In this document: piece by piece, positions 48,301 to 56,888 of the stretch | Layout: each line of letters begins with the position of its first letter | Numbering within the stretch: position 1 is the first letter of the stretch | Assembly: GCA_044346705.1 (NCBI GenBank) | Contig: JBIIYP010000003.1 | Location: forward strand, 37,714 to 101,713 | Length of the DNA stretch: 64,000 nt | Reading direction: 5' to 3' | Source: Flavobacteriales bacterium | GTDB lineage: Bacteria > Bacteroidota > Bacteroidia > Flavobacteriales_F > PHOS-HE28 | Translations under genes and position numbers: made by a program | Notes under the pieces: generated by a model | The model's input: only the letters and a program-made list of their open reading frames with translations | The model's database searches: none | What the model was told of the DNA's origin: nothing

Positions 48301-48766
48301 GCGTGTTGCGGCGCAGGTCGATGGCGTTGCCGAAGGGTACGGGCTTCAGCTCGCGACTGCGTTGTGCGATGGAGGCCTCGATGAGCTCGCGGCGCGAAGG
48401 GTCGTTCTCGGCTTGTTCCCGCAGTTGCAGCGTGTTGAGGAGCTTGTCCTTCACCTCGGTGAAGTGTGTGCCGATGATGTTCGCCGCTTCGTTGTGGCTG
48501 ATCACGGGACCCAGGCGGAAGAGCTTCACCAGCGGCAGCACCACCAAGCGACCCAGCACCACGCCGGTTGCGGCCAGGTAGGCCCAGAACAGCACGGTGC
48601 GCGCCCCGCTGCCGAAGTGCCCGAAGGCCTCGCCCAGCGACACCAGCAGGAAGAAGGCCACGAGCAGGCCCACGCTGTACAGCACACCGCGGATCAGCTG
48701 GTCCTTGTAGAACCGGCGGATGAAGGCATCCAGCTTGGCGATGAGCAGGGCGTAGTCGGAGTGCAT
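45362..48766 (-). CDS. DUF4175-family membrane-anchored coiled-coil protein
   Basis: N-terminal TMs, Ig-like beta region, VWDNDGVNG and a long Q/E/K-rich coiled coil. Confidence 0.85.
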   Translation of the reverse strand: MHSDYALLIAKLDAFIRRFYKDQLIRGVLYSVGLLVAFFLLVSLGEAFGHFGSGARTVLFWAYLAATGVVLGRLVVLPLVKLFRLGPVISHNEAANIIGTHFTEVKDKLLNTLQLREQAENDPSRRELIEASIAQRSRELKPVPFGNAIDLRRNTRYLRFALPPLAVLIVLLFAAPSLITGPAGRLLAHGTEFTPEAPFRFVVLNDTLQVPEDQDFELQVELQGQAVPQQAEVVIDGQRIPLVKQDAVRFTHRFRNVQEPITFHLEAEGFRSTEHVLATVPDPLVLDLAMKLEYPAYLGLPTELRGNTGDAQVPAGTRITWTANTRSTDLLQLAFDDTTYLLKPQGDDRFTASRRLLQSRTYSMVPTKGDRKATSPLQYRIEVVPDLYPTIGVEQKADSTAPKRLYFRGDLGDDHGFKRLMFSYRFTEGGDSTAAELRERTIELGIDPRNTRQQFFHFWDLNELTLGAGDKLEYWFEVWDNDGVNGSKSTRSSTQVFAAPTLNELSEKQDQQGAEIKKDLQQSIREAQDLQRELDKLRREMLDKKELNWQDQQKLQNVLDRQKQLQQRIENTTQKMELQRNEQQQYRQMDERLLEKQKQVQELFENVLNEEMKELYKQVQEMLEKLDKEKLQEQMKDMKMDQEDIEKELDRALEQFKQMEVEQKADDITKQLEKLAEEQKQLSEETKAGDTPKEELQKKQEELNKSFEDVRKELDELEKKNAELKEPMELPKTEQQEQDIQQEQQKSSEELQKDQKQKAGDSQKKAGEQMEQLAFQMKSAMQQSQQEQAEEDMDALRQLLENIVHLSIEQEATMVDLQRTGTRDPHLVDLGRTQKKLRDDARVIEDSLFALSKRVPQIQATVNREMNAVNGNMDEAMERINNSRANEREKPMAADKQQRAMTGLNNLALLLDEALKQMQQQQQSSGKPGSGSCNKPGGSGAGKGNKASMAKMKAQQQALQKQLEEMKKGMEKGGKQQGPKPGDKNPGGIGPGMSQQLAQMAAQQAAIRKEMQRMAQELNKDGSGSGNGLNKLAEEMEKTEKDIVNKRIDQETIRRQQDIMVRMLEAEKAERERELDQKRQSTEGRDVPHTDPARFFEYQRTKQREAEMLRTVPPGLKPYYKERVSEYFDTFDRP
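45373..45380 (-). promoter_or_regulatory. Possible internal -7 element (TACTTTTG) for the kinase-ybeY pair
   Basis: Exact TAnnTTTG in the last codons of the DUF4175 gene, about 20 bp before the next start. Confidence 0.45.
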
Positions 48767-48909
48767 CACGGAGAGAACGGCCGGGGGGCGACCGTCATTG
48801 CGGGTAAAGGTAGGGCCACCGCAAGGCGGCGTTCCAGCCTTTCGGTACACGCGGGGGTGTTAAAAGGATCGAAGGGCTCAACCCTCCGCCCCAGACTTAC
48901 GCAACTCCC

Positions 48910-49926
48910 TTACCGCCCCATCAGGCCGAACAGCCACGCATGAAAGCCGTTCAAGCGCAAATACGCTTCGTGCGGTTCGGTATCGGTGAGGTTGAAGCGT
49001 GGGATCCGGTAACGGTATTCGGGAACATGCCGCAGGCTATCCAGATCCACCAGGGTATTGCCCACCGCGAAGGCTGCTTCATAGAGCCCGGCTGTGCGTT
49101 CGATGACCCGCGCGTCATGGCCACCCATGGGGTAGGCGAGGTAGCGCGGTTTGATGCCCAGTTCAGCCTCCATCGCCCGCTGGCAGCCGGCCAATTCAGC
49201 CTCCATTCGCTCGGCATCCTCCACATGGGGCAGGTAGGGATGTGTTGCGCTATGTGCATGGAGCGGAACCTCGGCTTGCAAGGAACGAAGCTCGTCCCAG
49301 GTGCAGAGGCGCAGATGGGGGTCGGGAGGCGGCGTGCCCAACTGTTCAAGAATGGCCTCGAGCGTTCGTACGCGAACGGCATCGGGCAGGCGTTTGAGCA
49401 TGCGCTGCACCTGGTCAGCCACCTGCATGTCGCTCACCTCATCGACCAGAGAGAACTGGAGCAGCTGGCCTTCAGCAGTGAATTGAAGCGATTTGGCCTT
49501 CGTTCTGCGGAAGGCCTGGTCGAGCAAAGAGGTCCAGATCAAGGAATGCTGCTGAACAGGTCCTGTCGCGATGAACTGGACGGTCGGCACCTGGTAGTTG
49601 CGCAGAACGGGCAATGAATGGAGGACAAAATCGTACCACGCATCGTCGAACGTGATGACGATCCCCCCACGCAGGGCTTCGGAGGGCTTGGTGAGCAGAT
49701 CGTCCACCGAAAGGAAGTGATAGCGCCTGGCCAGAAAAGCGATCAAGCGATCAAAGGCATCGGGCGTATAGGGTGGCCAGAACGGATCAGGATGCGGTGA
49801 AGTGCGGTGGAACACGATGACCGGAATGCGCCCCGCACGCTTGTTGGCCGCGTGCAGCACACGCCCAAGGCCCAGGAAGCCCAGCAAGCGAAAGGTGACC
49901 ACACGGGCCGCCTGTTTCAGGTTCAT
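48910..49926 (-). CDS. Polysaccharide deacetylase (CE4)
   Basis: VIVFHR, VITFDDAW, HSATHP and LAYPMG. Confidence 0.9.
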   Translation of the reverse strand: MNLKQAARVVTFRLLGFLGLGRVLHAANKRAGRIPVIVFHRTSPHPDPFWPPYTPDAFDRLIAFLARRYHFLSVDDLLTKPSEALRGGIVITFDDAWYDFVLHSLPVLRNYQVPTVQFIATGPVQQHSLIWTSLLDQAFRRTKAKSLQFTAEGQLLQFSLVDEVSDMQVADQVQRMLKRLPDAVRVRTLEAILEQLGTPPPDPHLRLCTWDELRSLQAEVPLHAHSATHPYLPHVEDAERMEAELAGCQRAMEAELGIKPRYLAYPMGGHDARVIERTAGLYEAAFAVGNTLVDLDSLRHVPEYRYRIPRFNLTDTEPHEAYLRLNGFHAWLFGLMGR

Positions 49927-50454
49927 GCGAACAAGATACAGGAAGAAGCACAGTGACGTGGCTTGGGCCAGTTGGTACAGGAACAGCTCCATGAGCACCG
50001 AGCCGGGGCTGAAACCTCAACGGAACCGATCGCGCCCGGCCGTGAATTCCTACATGTGAAGGATGGGACGAAGCCGGACGTTGGGGGGCTGGTCCATTGG
50101 TTCGGCCGAACAAGATGCACGCATCAGGGTTCTACAAAAAATGACAGAAGGAAGGGGCATGCATCAAGGAACCCCGTGTTGGGGCTTAAATTCCCCGTTC
50201 AATTGGTCACTGAGGCCCCCCTCGTTCGACCGTCTCCGCACCATGGTGTACCGCCAGGACACATCACAGACCCCACCTGTTCATCGGGCATGGTGTGTTC
50301 GTTCTTCAACCAGCCTGCGGATGACGTTCATGGGCGGCTGGGCGGCGAATGTGGAGGAGCGTACGGGAGGGTCGTCCTTTGCATGTCGAGAGGTCAACAC
50401 GTGGCCTGCTGTCCTCTGCGGGTTGAGCGCCAAAGCCCTGATACGCATCAGCTA

Positions 50455-51678
50455 ATGGCCCAAAGGTCGTCACGCTCCATCTTGGTGCTCACGTATTGGA
50501 GCGCACCCGATGCGTTGATCCAGACCTATACGTTGCCCTATGTGCGGCAGATGCGTCGCGTGTTGCCCGCATCGGCCAGGATCCATCTCCTCACCCTCGA
50601 GCAAACGGAGCATTCTCGCGAAGCCGCCGCCGCCATTCGGGAACGCTTGCGTAAAGAAGGCATCGAGTGGCTGCCGGTCCGTTACCGACGATTCGGTCTT
50701 GGGATGCTGTTGCGCCTGGCGTTCCTAATGCCGCGGCTGGTCCACCTGTGCGTTCGCGATCGCATAGCCGCCATCCACGCGTGGTGCATGCCGGCCGGTG
50801 CACTGGGATGGCTGCTTTCGGTCCTTACCGGCAGACCGCTCCACATCGACAGCTACGAACCGCATGCGGAAGCCATGGTCGAGAACGGGACCTGGGCGCG
50901 CTCAAGCCTGGCGTATCGCTTGCTGGCCTGGTTCGAAAGACGACTGACGCAACGGGCCAGTGTCCTCATTTCCTGTACCGCGGGATTCCTGGAGTTCGCC
51001 CCCCGGTTCTATCGGACCAGCTTCGAGCACAAGCGCACCTTTGTGAAACCCGCGTGCACCGACCTTGCGCTGTTCCATCCGAGCCTGGCCAAAGACTCCG
51101 GGCTTCTGTCCGAATTGGGCCTGACCGGCAAGGTCGTGGCGGTCTATGCGGGCAAGTTCGGCGGCATCTATCTGCGCGGCGAGGTCTTCACTTTTCTGGC
51201 CGCCTGTCACCGCCATTGGGGAGATGATCTTCGGGTCTTGCTCCTGAGCAACCACTCCGACCAGGAATTGAGCGCATGGGCATCGGAAGCGGGCCTACCT
51301 GCTTCGGTGGTCGTAAAGCGCTTTGTGCCCCATGCCGAGGTTCCGCGTTACATGGGGCTGGGTGATCTCGGGCTTTGTCCGGTGCTCTCGACCCCGAGCA
51401 AACGATTCTGTTCACCCATCAAGGACGGCGAGTATTGGGCGCTGGGCTTGCCGGTGGTCATCACCCCGGGCATCTCCGATGATTCCGAGCTGGTGGTACA
51501 GCACCGCGCTGGCATCGTGTGGGACTACACGCGACCTCCCGAGCCCGCGGTTGAAGCGCTGGTCGCATTGATGGCCGAACCTTCGGCCGATCGTACGAGC
51601 CGCCTTCGCCAACTGGTCGGATCGAAGCGGAGCTTCAGCATCTCCGAGGCCATTTACCAGCAGGTATACGGGGGCTGA
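50455..51678 (+). CDS. Glycosyltransferase family 4-like (GT-B)
   Basis: VYAGKFGGIY, FVPHAEVPRYM and SPIKDGEYWALGLPVV. Start set at ATG 50455. Confidence 0.85.
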   Translation: MAQRSSRSILVLTYWSAPDALIQTYTLPYVRQMRRVLPASARIHLLTLEQTEHSREAAAAIRERLRKEGIEWLPVRYRRFGLGMLLRLAFLMPRLVHLCVRDRIAAIHAWCMPAGALGWLLSVLTGRPLHIDSYEPHAEAMVENGTWARSSLAYRLLAWFERRLTQRASVLISCTAGFLEFAPRFYRTSFEHKRTFVKPACTDLALFHPSLAKDSGLLSELGLTGKVVAVYAGKFGGIYLRGEVFTFLAACHRHWGDDLRVLLLSNHSDQELSAWASEAGLPASVVVKRFVPHAEVPRYMGLGDLGLCPVLSTPSKRFCSPIKDGEYWALGLPVVITPGISDDSELVVQHRAGIVWDYTRPPEPAVEALVALMAEPSADRTSRLRQLVGSKRSFSISEAIYQQVYGG

Positions 51679-51787
51679 GGGAAAGGAGATGGCGGCGCAG
51701 CTGTCGTGTCGCTCCCATGTTCTTCCTCCACGCACGCTTCGCTGAGCACAAGACCAGGTATTCCGGCTCCTGGTAGAACGGGGCCGT

Positions 51788-53017
51788 TCACACCGGCTTC
51801 CGCAACGCGCGCACTGCTCCGTAGGCCGAAAGACCACCCACCAGGAGGATCGCGACCCACAGCCAGACCTTGGACAGGTCGAAGGGATTCTCTGCGGAAA
51901 CAGCAGCGGGGATCGGGGCAAGCGCGGCGATGGTCAACGTGTCGATCGGCGTGGGCAGGCTGTCGCGGAAGTGGGCGATGTCGAACTGCGGGGCGTTGGC
52001 CTGTGGATCCCCGGTGGTGAGCGTGTAGGTGAGTCCGGGGCTGAGCGGTGCGATCAGGGAACGTTGAAGCTGAAGTACCTCGAGGGACGTGATCGCCAGC
52101 GGACGGTCGTCGCCGTTCTCCACTTCGAGGCAGAGTGTGTCCACCGTGGTACGCGGGCCTTCGATCACGGCGCGCTGGTAGGAGGCCAAGGTGCGGGAGC
52201 CAAGGTCCTTGCGCCATGTGTGCAGGACCTTTCGGCGCTTGCGTTCGGTGCGCCATTCGCTGCGCATGGTGTAGAGACCGGCCTTGCGCAGAAAGGCTGT
52301 GGTGTCGCGGGTACTGTAATGGATCCGGTCGATCACGAGGGGATGGTCGCCATAGATCCGGAACACGGTGCGCCCCTTCTCTTCCCGGCGGTCCCAGCGA
52401 ATGGTGCCTGCGCTCACATAGCGCCCTTCGCTGCGTGACTGCACGGTGTGGCCCACGCCGAGCACCTGCACGGGCGCCGTGAGCGAGTCGTTCAGCTCGA
52501 TGCGGTAGTAGCGGTGGTCGCTCAGCGGCAGATCCATCCACCGCAGGCCTTTGGCCGGCCCACCGCCGGAAAGCGCGAGGCCTTCATCCTTCACCATGAA
52601 CCAATGCGTGCGGTCGTCGCTGCCGGTGATGCGGGCGCTCTTGTTCACCTGCGCGTTGCGTATGCCGAGCTCGAAGCCTTCCATCAACGTTCCTGCCGGC
52701 ACTTCGAACTCCACCACGGTGCGATCTCCCACGCGCTCGTTCCGCAGGACGGAGAAGGGCACGGCACGCGTCTCACTGATGCGCTCCGGTTCGGTGCGCA
52801 GGAGGTAGGGAACGAGGGTGCTGTCGGGTGCCAGGACCCGGATGTCCTGCATGGACGGCTGGGAGCGCGCTACGACCTCCGGCGAGAGCAGGATGAGGTA
52901 ATGGCCCTGGCGTTCGACCGGGCCGATCGTGGTGCGCCAAGCGGGGTGCTGTGCGCTGGCGGACAGCACCCCCAGCAAGGCATACAGCAGGTTAATTCGT
53001 CGGAGCATCGGCATCAT
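51788..53017 (-). CDS. Exported protein with C-terminal TM anchor (DUF3999-like partner of DUF2339)
   Basis: Signal peptide; DIRV...VPY, ENGDDRPL and APQFDI; C-terminal TM; overlaps the DUF2339 gene. Confidence 0.7.
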   Translation of the reverse strand: MMPMLRRINLLYALLGVLSASAQHPAWRTTIGPVERQGHYLILLSPEVVARSQPSMQDIRVLAPDSTLVPYLLRTEPERISETRAVPFSVLRNERVGDRTVVEFEVPAGTLMEGFELGIRNAQVNKSARITGSDDRTHWFMVKDEGLALSGGGPAKGLRWMDLPLSDHRYYRIELNDSLTAPVQVLGVGHTVQSRSEGRYVSAGTIRWDRREEKGRTVFRIYGDHPLVIDRIHYSTRDTTAFLRKAGLYTMRSEWRTERKRRKVLHTWRKDLGSRTLASYQRAVIEGPRTTVDTLCLEVENGDDRPLAITSLEVLQLQRSLIAPLSPGLTYTLTTGDPQANAPQFDIAHFRDSLPTPIDTLTIAALAPIPAAVSAENPFDLSKVWLWVAILLVGGLSAYGAVRALRKPV

Positions 53018-55499
53018 CCTTCAACAGCACTTTCAATTTCTGGTAGAGGAAGCTGACCACGAGCAGGATCACCCCGAGGCTGATGAAGGCGGCCACGCGG
53101 GCCCCTTCCGAAGCACCCTTGATGTCGAAGAGGAAGAGTTTCACGAGGGTGATGCCGAAGAGCGTGAGCGCGATGATGCGCACCATGCGCAGGCGGGCCT
53201 TCATGCCGTAGGTCATGAACAGGAAGCTGCCCACGCCCCAGAGGATCGGATAGCCGGCGGTGCGCGCCTTGTACAGCGCGCGGTGGATCGTGTACGGATC
53301 TTCGGAGGCCGGCTGCAGGGCGAGCAGGATGTGGTCGAGCTCCTGGCTGGCGATGATCACGAGCAGGGTGCAGATCACCCACGCGTAGATGTTCCAGTTC
53401 GCGGAGCGCACCGTGAGCAGCTCGCGCGACCAGCGCATCACCCGGATGATCAGGGCCACGAGGAGGGCGAGGGCCGTGTAGTGCATCACCATGTGGCCGG
53501 TGTCATCGCCGCCGGTAAGGACCTGGCGCAGCTGGCGCATGCCCGCGTCGTAATGCCACGTGATGAAGAGCAGGAAAGCCAGCGCGAACAAGCCGCCCAC
53601 GGCCATGCGTACGGCCTGTGCGGCGTTCCGGCCGTAGCGGTCCACAAGCAACAGGTAGAGCAGGATGAAGGCCATCCCCGCCATGGCCACACTGCCGTCG
53701 GGAAGGATGCGGTCCAGCTGGTAATTGAGCTCAAAGAGGCCCACGATGAAGCCGAGCACCGTGGCGGCCATGGCGTACAGGCCCCGCAGCATCGGCACGT
53801 TCATTCCGGGCAGCGGCTCGTGCTCGCGTGACCAGCCGGCCCAGAGGCGGTATTGCAACGCGAGCGACAGGATGCCCGCAGCGCCGGTGATGAACAGGCG
53901 GTTAACGAGAGGCAGCAGGGCGAGGTGGCGCGGTGCGCTGTACTGCCCGAGGTCCATGACCAGGCTGACGACCATGAGCGCGGTGACGGCCATGCTGGCG
54001 CGCTCCACGAGCTTGATGCCGGAACGCTGGGCGAACCACACGAGCAGCACGCCTTCGGCCGCCCAGAACAGGGTGATGTAATTGCCGTCGAGCTGCACCG
54101 GTGCGGCGAGGCTGATGAAGGTGAGCACGATGCCGATCAGCAGGTACACCAGGTTGCGCGGCACACGCTCATCGCGGAAGAAGCGCAGGGCGAACACCAC
54201 GTTCACCGCAGCGAGCAGCACACAGAGCAGGCCGCCCACGCGGGTGTCCAGCTCGCCGAGGAAGCGCATGCTGAAACCGAAATACAGCGCCGTGTTGAGC
54301 AGGAACAGCGAATAGTCCAGCGGCGTGAACGTGGTGCGGTGCCGCAGGTCGTAGAGCAGGATCATGGCGAAGAACACCGCGTAGAAGGCCGTGGCGAAAG
54401 CCATCGCGGGCCACACGGGTTCCGGCTCAAGACCACCGAACGAGAACAGGGCCCAATAGCCGAACAACAACCAGGTGAGCGCGAAGGCGAGGATGTTGAG
54501 GATGCTCCACTTCTTGAAGTTGGCCAGCGCGAGCATGCCTGCGTTGAGGATGAGCAGGTAGGTGAACAGCACCTTGTAGTTGCCTTCGCCGGTGCTCACC
54601 ATGAAGGGTGTGGCGAAGCCGCCGAGCAGCGCGATCACGGCCAGTTCACGACGGTCATAGACCAAGGTGAGCAGCACGCCCAGCGCACTGATGCCGACCA
54701 TCGTCGCGAACGCCGCTGTCTGCCCGATGATGTGGAATTTCTGGAAGGCGAACGCGATGCTGAAGTAGAGCACCGCAAGCCCGCCACCCACCAGCACCGA
54801 GCTGAAGGCCCGGAAGTTCTCGCGGAGCCTGTGGGCGAAGAAGAGGAGGAGCCCACCACTGGCCACGCCGATCAGCGTTTGCGCCGTCTCGCTGATCAAG
54901 CCCTTGCCGATCGCGTATTGCAGCAGCAACCCCAGGCCCAACACCAGGATGGCGATGCCGATCTTGTTGATCAGGTTCTCACCGATGAATTTCTCCAGGT
55001 CGGGATTGCGCTCCAGGAAGGAGGGGCGGGGTGGTGGTGGAGCGGAATGTGGGGAATGAGCCGAATGAGGAAATGTGTAAGCAGGCGTGGGCTCCTCAGG
55101 ATACAAGGAGCGTGGCTCCGAAGACAATGCAGGGCGTGGAGCAGGAATGGGTTCCGGTGTCGAAACCGGCGGTGGTGTGATGATCGGTGGCCGGTCCTCT
55201 TCCACGGCACCGACGAAGCGTTCGTGCTCCAAGGGGATCCCGCCGAGGGTGGTGGGTGCCGGGTCTGGGGTGTTTGATGGCTCAGGTTCCGGAGTGACCA
55301 GCGGTGCAGCGGAGTGCGCTTGTTGCTGCGGCGCTCCGGGTTCTGGTGTTCCGGCCACGCGGCGTGCGAGAGTCTTCATCAGCTCCTGCATCTGGAGCCG
55401 GGTGGTCTGCAGTTCGCGTTCCACCGCGGCCATGCGGTTCTTGGTGCCGATCACCAGGATCAGGATGACGATGAGCAGGATGAGCAGGAGTCCGTCCAT
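52992..55499 (-). CDS. DUF2339 polytopic membrane protein
   Basis: DLEKFIGENLINKIGI, LGGFATP and KLFLFDI...AFISLGVILL; many TMs. Confidence 0.9.
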   Translation of the reverse strand: MDGLLLILLIVILILVIGTKNRMAAVERELQTTRLQMQELMKTLARRVAGTPEPGAPQQQAHSAAPLVTPEPEPSNTPDPAPTTLGGIPLEHERFVGAVEEDRPPIITPPPVSTPEPIPAPRPALSSEPRSLYPEEPTPAYTFPHSAHSPHSAPPPPRPSFLERNPDLEKFIGENLINKIGIAILVLGLGLLLQYAIGKGLISETAQTLIGVASGGLLLFFAHRLRENFRAFSSVLVGGGLAVLYFSIAFAFQKFHIIGQTAAFATMVGISALGVLLTLVYDRRELAVIALLGGFATPFMVSTGEGNYKVLFTYLLILNAGMLALANFKKWSILNILAFALTWLLFGYWALFSFGGLEPEPVWPAMAFATAFYAVFFAMILLYDLRHRTTFTPLDYSLFLLNTALYFGFSMRFLGELDTRVGGLLCVLLAAVNVVFALRFFRDERVPRNLVYLLIGIVLTFISLAAPVQLDGNYITLFWAAEGVLLVWFAQRSGIKLVERASMAVTALMVVSLVMDLGQYSAPRHLALLPLVNRLFITGAAGILSLALQYRLWAGWSREHEPLPGMNVPMLRGLYAMAATVLGFIVGLFELNYQLDRILPDGSVAMAGMAFILLYLLLVDRYGRNAAQAVRMAVGGLFALAFLLFITWHYDAGMRQLRQVLTGGDDTGHMVMHYTALALLVALIIRVMRWSRELLTVRSANWNIYAWVICTLLVIIASQELDHILLALQPASEDPYTIHRALYKARTAGYPILWGVGSFLFMTYGMKARLRMVRIIALTLFGITLVKLFLFDIKGASEGARVAAFISLGVILLVVSFLYQKLKVLLKDDADAPTN

Positions 55500-55563
55500 G
55501 GTTCAGGTTCTCCGCCAAGCTAGCAGTTCGGACAGGAATGCCGCAGCGCGAGCCCCTTGCTGT

Positions 55564-55652
55564 GAGTTGCGAGTGGTGAGTTCCGAGTGGCGGGTCTGGC
55601 ACGAAGAAGGTCGTGCGCAGACTCGCCACTCACCACTCGCTACTCACCACTC
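55564..55652. repeat. Second inverted array of 7-bp repeats forming a long hairpin
   Basis: GAGTTGC-GAGTGGT-GAGTTCC-GAGTGGC ... ACTCGCC-ACTCACC-ACTCGCT-ACTCACC-ACTC, with an inner GCACGA/TCGTGC stem. Confidence 0.9.
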
Positions 55653-56749
55653 CGCGATAAAGGCTTCTTCTCATAACGCGTTGTGTTCGGGTGGAAGGTG
55701 TGCCAGCTGTGCCAGAACTCCTGGTAGCACCGAAGAGAGTGGACGGGATGACGCTTCGGGAGTTGACCATAGGGCCCCCCAGCGCCGCGACAAATGATGA
55801 TGCTCTCCCCGCCAAGCGTATCAGCAATGCAATGCTCAACAAAGTCATCCCAATCATACGCCCGCGCCACACCGTTGTGCACCACGCCCACCACCCAACT
55901 CTTCGGCTGCCAGCTGGCGGTGTCGCGGCTTTCCAGCGAAGAAGCGATCGTGCCTTCATCGTAGTCCTTTAGGCCGTCGTATTGGTCGAGGAAGCCCGGA
56001 TCCGGTTGAAGCACCAGCGTGTTCGGGTGAGCGCTTGACCATTCGGCCAGTGTCATCTGTTGCGCGGGCACTTCGGTGAGCACCTGTCCTTTCAGCGGCC
56101 CTGCGATGCACTCGCCAGTTGCCTGCCGCCACCAGCTCTTCGTGCGGCTGTCCTCGAACATGGCGTTGTAATGATCCATGCCCACGAGGCGGAAAGCCTC
56201 AGACTGGCCGTTCACGACCGGACTGAACGCGCGGCCGGTGCGGCACACGGTACAGTAGGTGATCATCACGGGTTCACTGCCGATGGTGTCCAGCACTTGA
56301 TGGTGGTAGCCGATCAGCTCGATGGGGTAAGCGCGCGCATCGCCGTTGCGTTCCACTCCCAGAACGAGTGCGCTCCCCTCTCCCCGGGAGAAGGAGCCGG
56401 GTGATGAGGTCATCACTTTCTGTTCTACCGGCAGGAACATCTTGTCCGCCATGAACTTGAAGTTGAACAGGTAGAACACGGTGGCGGCCAGCGCGATCGG
56501 CACGACAACGGCGAGGCGCTTCCACCCGTTGCCACGGCGGATGTAATGCAGGCAGGGCACAACGACCAACGCAAGCCCGATCAACCTTACCCACCAGATG
56601 TTGAGGTGCAGCCAATAGGCGATGTTCACTTGCCGCAGGTCTGTGGCCACGTCCTCCTGGCTGCCGGGAAAGGGCATGATGTAGTACACGCGAAGCACCT
56701 CGGGTACGATGAGCACCAGGATGCCGACGAGGAAGAGCAGGGGGCGCAT
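55640..56749 (-). CDS. DUF3179-family membrane protein with CxxC
   Basis: ARAYPI...YHHQV, TYCTVCRTG, SWWRQATGE, TLAEW and FWHSW..FHP. Confidence 0.85.
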   Translation of the reverse strand: MRPLLFLVGILVLIVPEVLRVYYIMPFPGSQEDVATDLRQVNIAYWLHLNIWWVRLIGLALVVVPCLHYIRRGNGWKRLAVVVPIALAATVFYLFNFKFMADKMFLPVEQKVMTSSPGSFSRGEGSALVLGVERNGDARAYPIELIGYHHQVLDTIGSEPVMITYCTVCRTGRAFSPVVNGQSEAFRLVGMDHYNAMFEDSRTKSWWRQATGECIAGPLKGQVLTEVPAQQMTLAEWSSAHPNTLVLQPDPGFLDQYDGLKDYDEGTIASSLESRDTASWQPKSWVVGVVHNGVARAYDWDDFVEHCIADTLGGESIIICRGAGGPYGQLPKRHPVHSLRCYQEFWHSWHTFHPNTTRYEKKPLSRSGE

Positions 56750-56888
56750 GGGTGGAAAGCTAGCGAGCATGGGCTGTTGGGCGCGCGCCGTTGTGTGGAT
56801 CGGTCGAAGGCCGGTGCGAGCCAGCCCCACTACCTTCGCAGCCCCTTCACCGATACGCTTGTCCAGTGAAGGACCAACAGAACCATCG

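Noticed and set aside
45998-48943. 981-aa + strand Leu-rich ORF
   Set aside because: Antisense shadow of the Q/E/K-rich DUF4175 gene, expected with high-GC codon bias.
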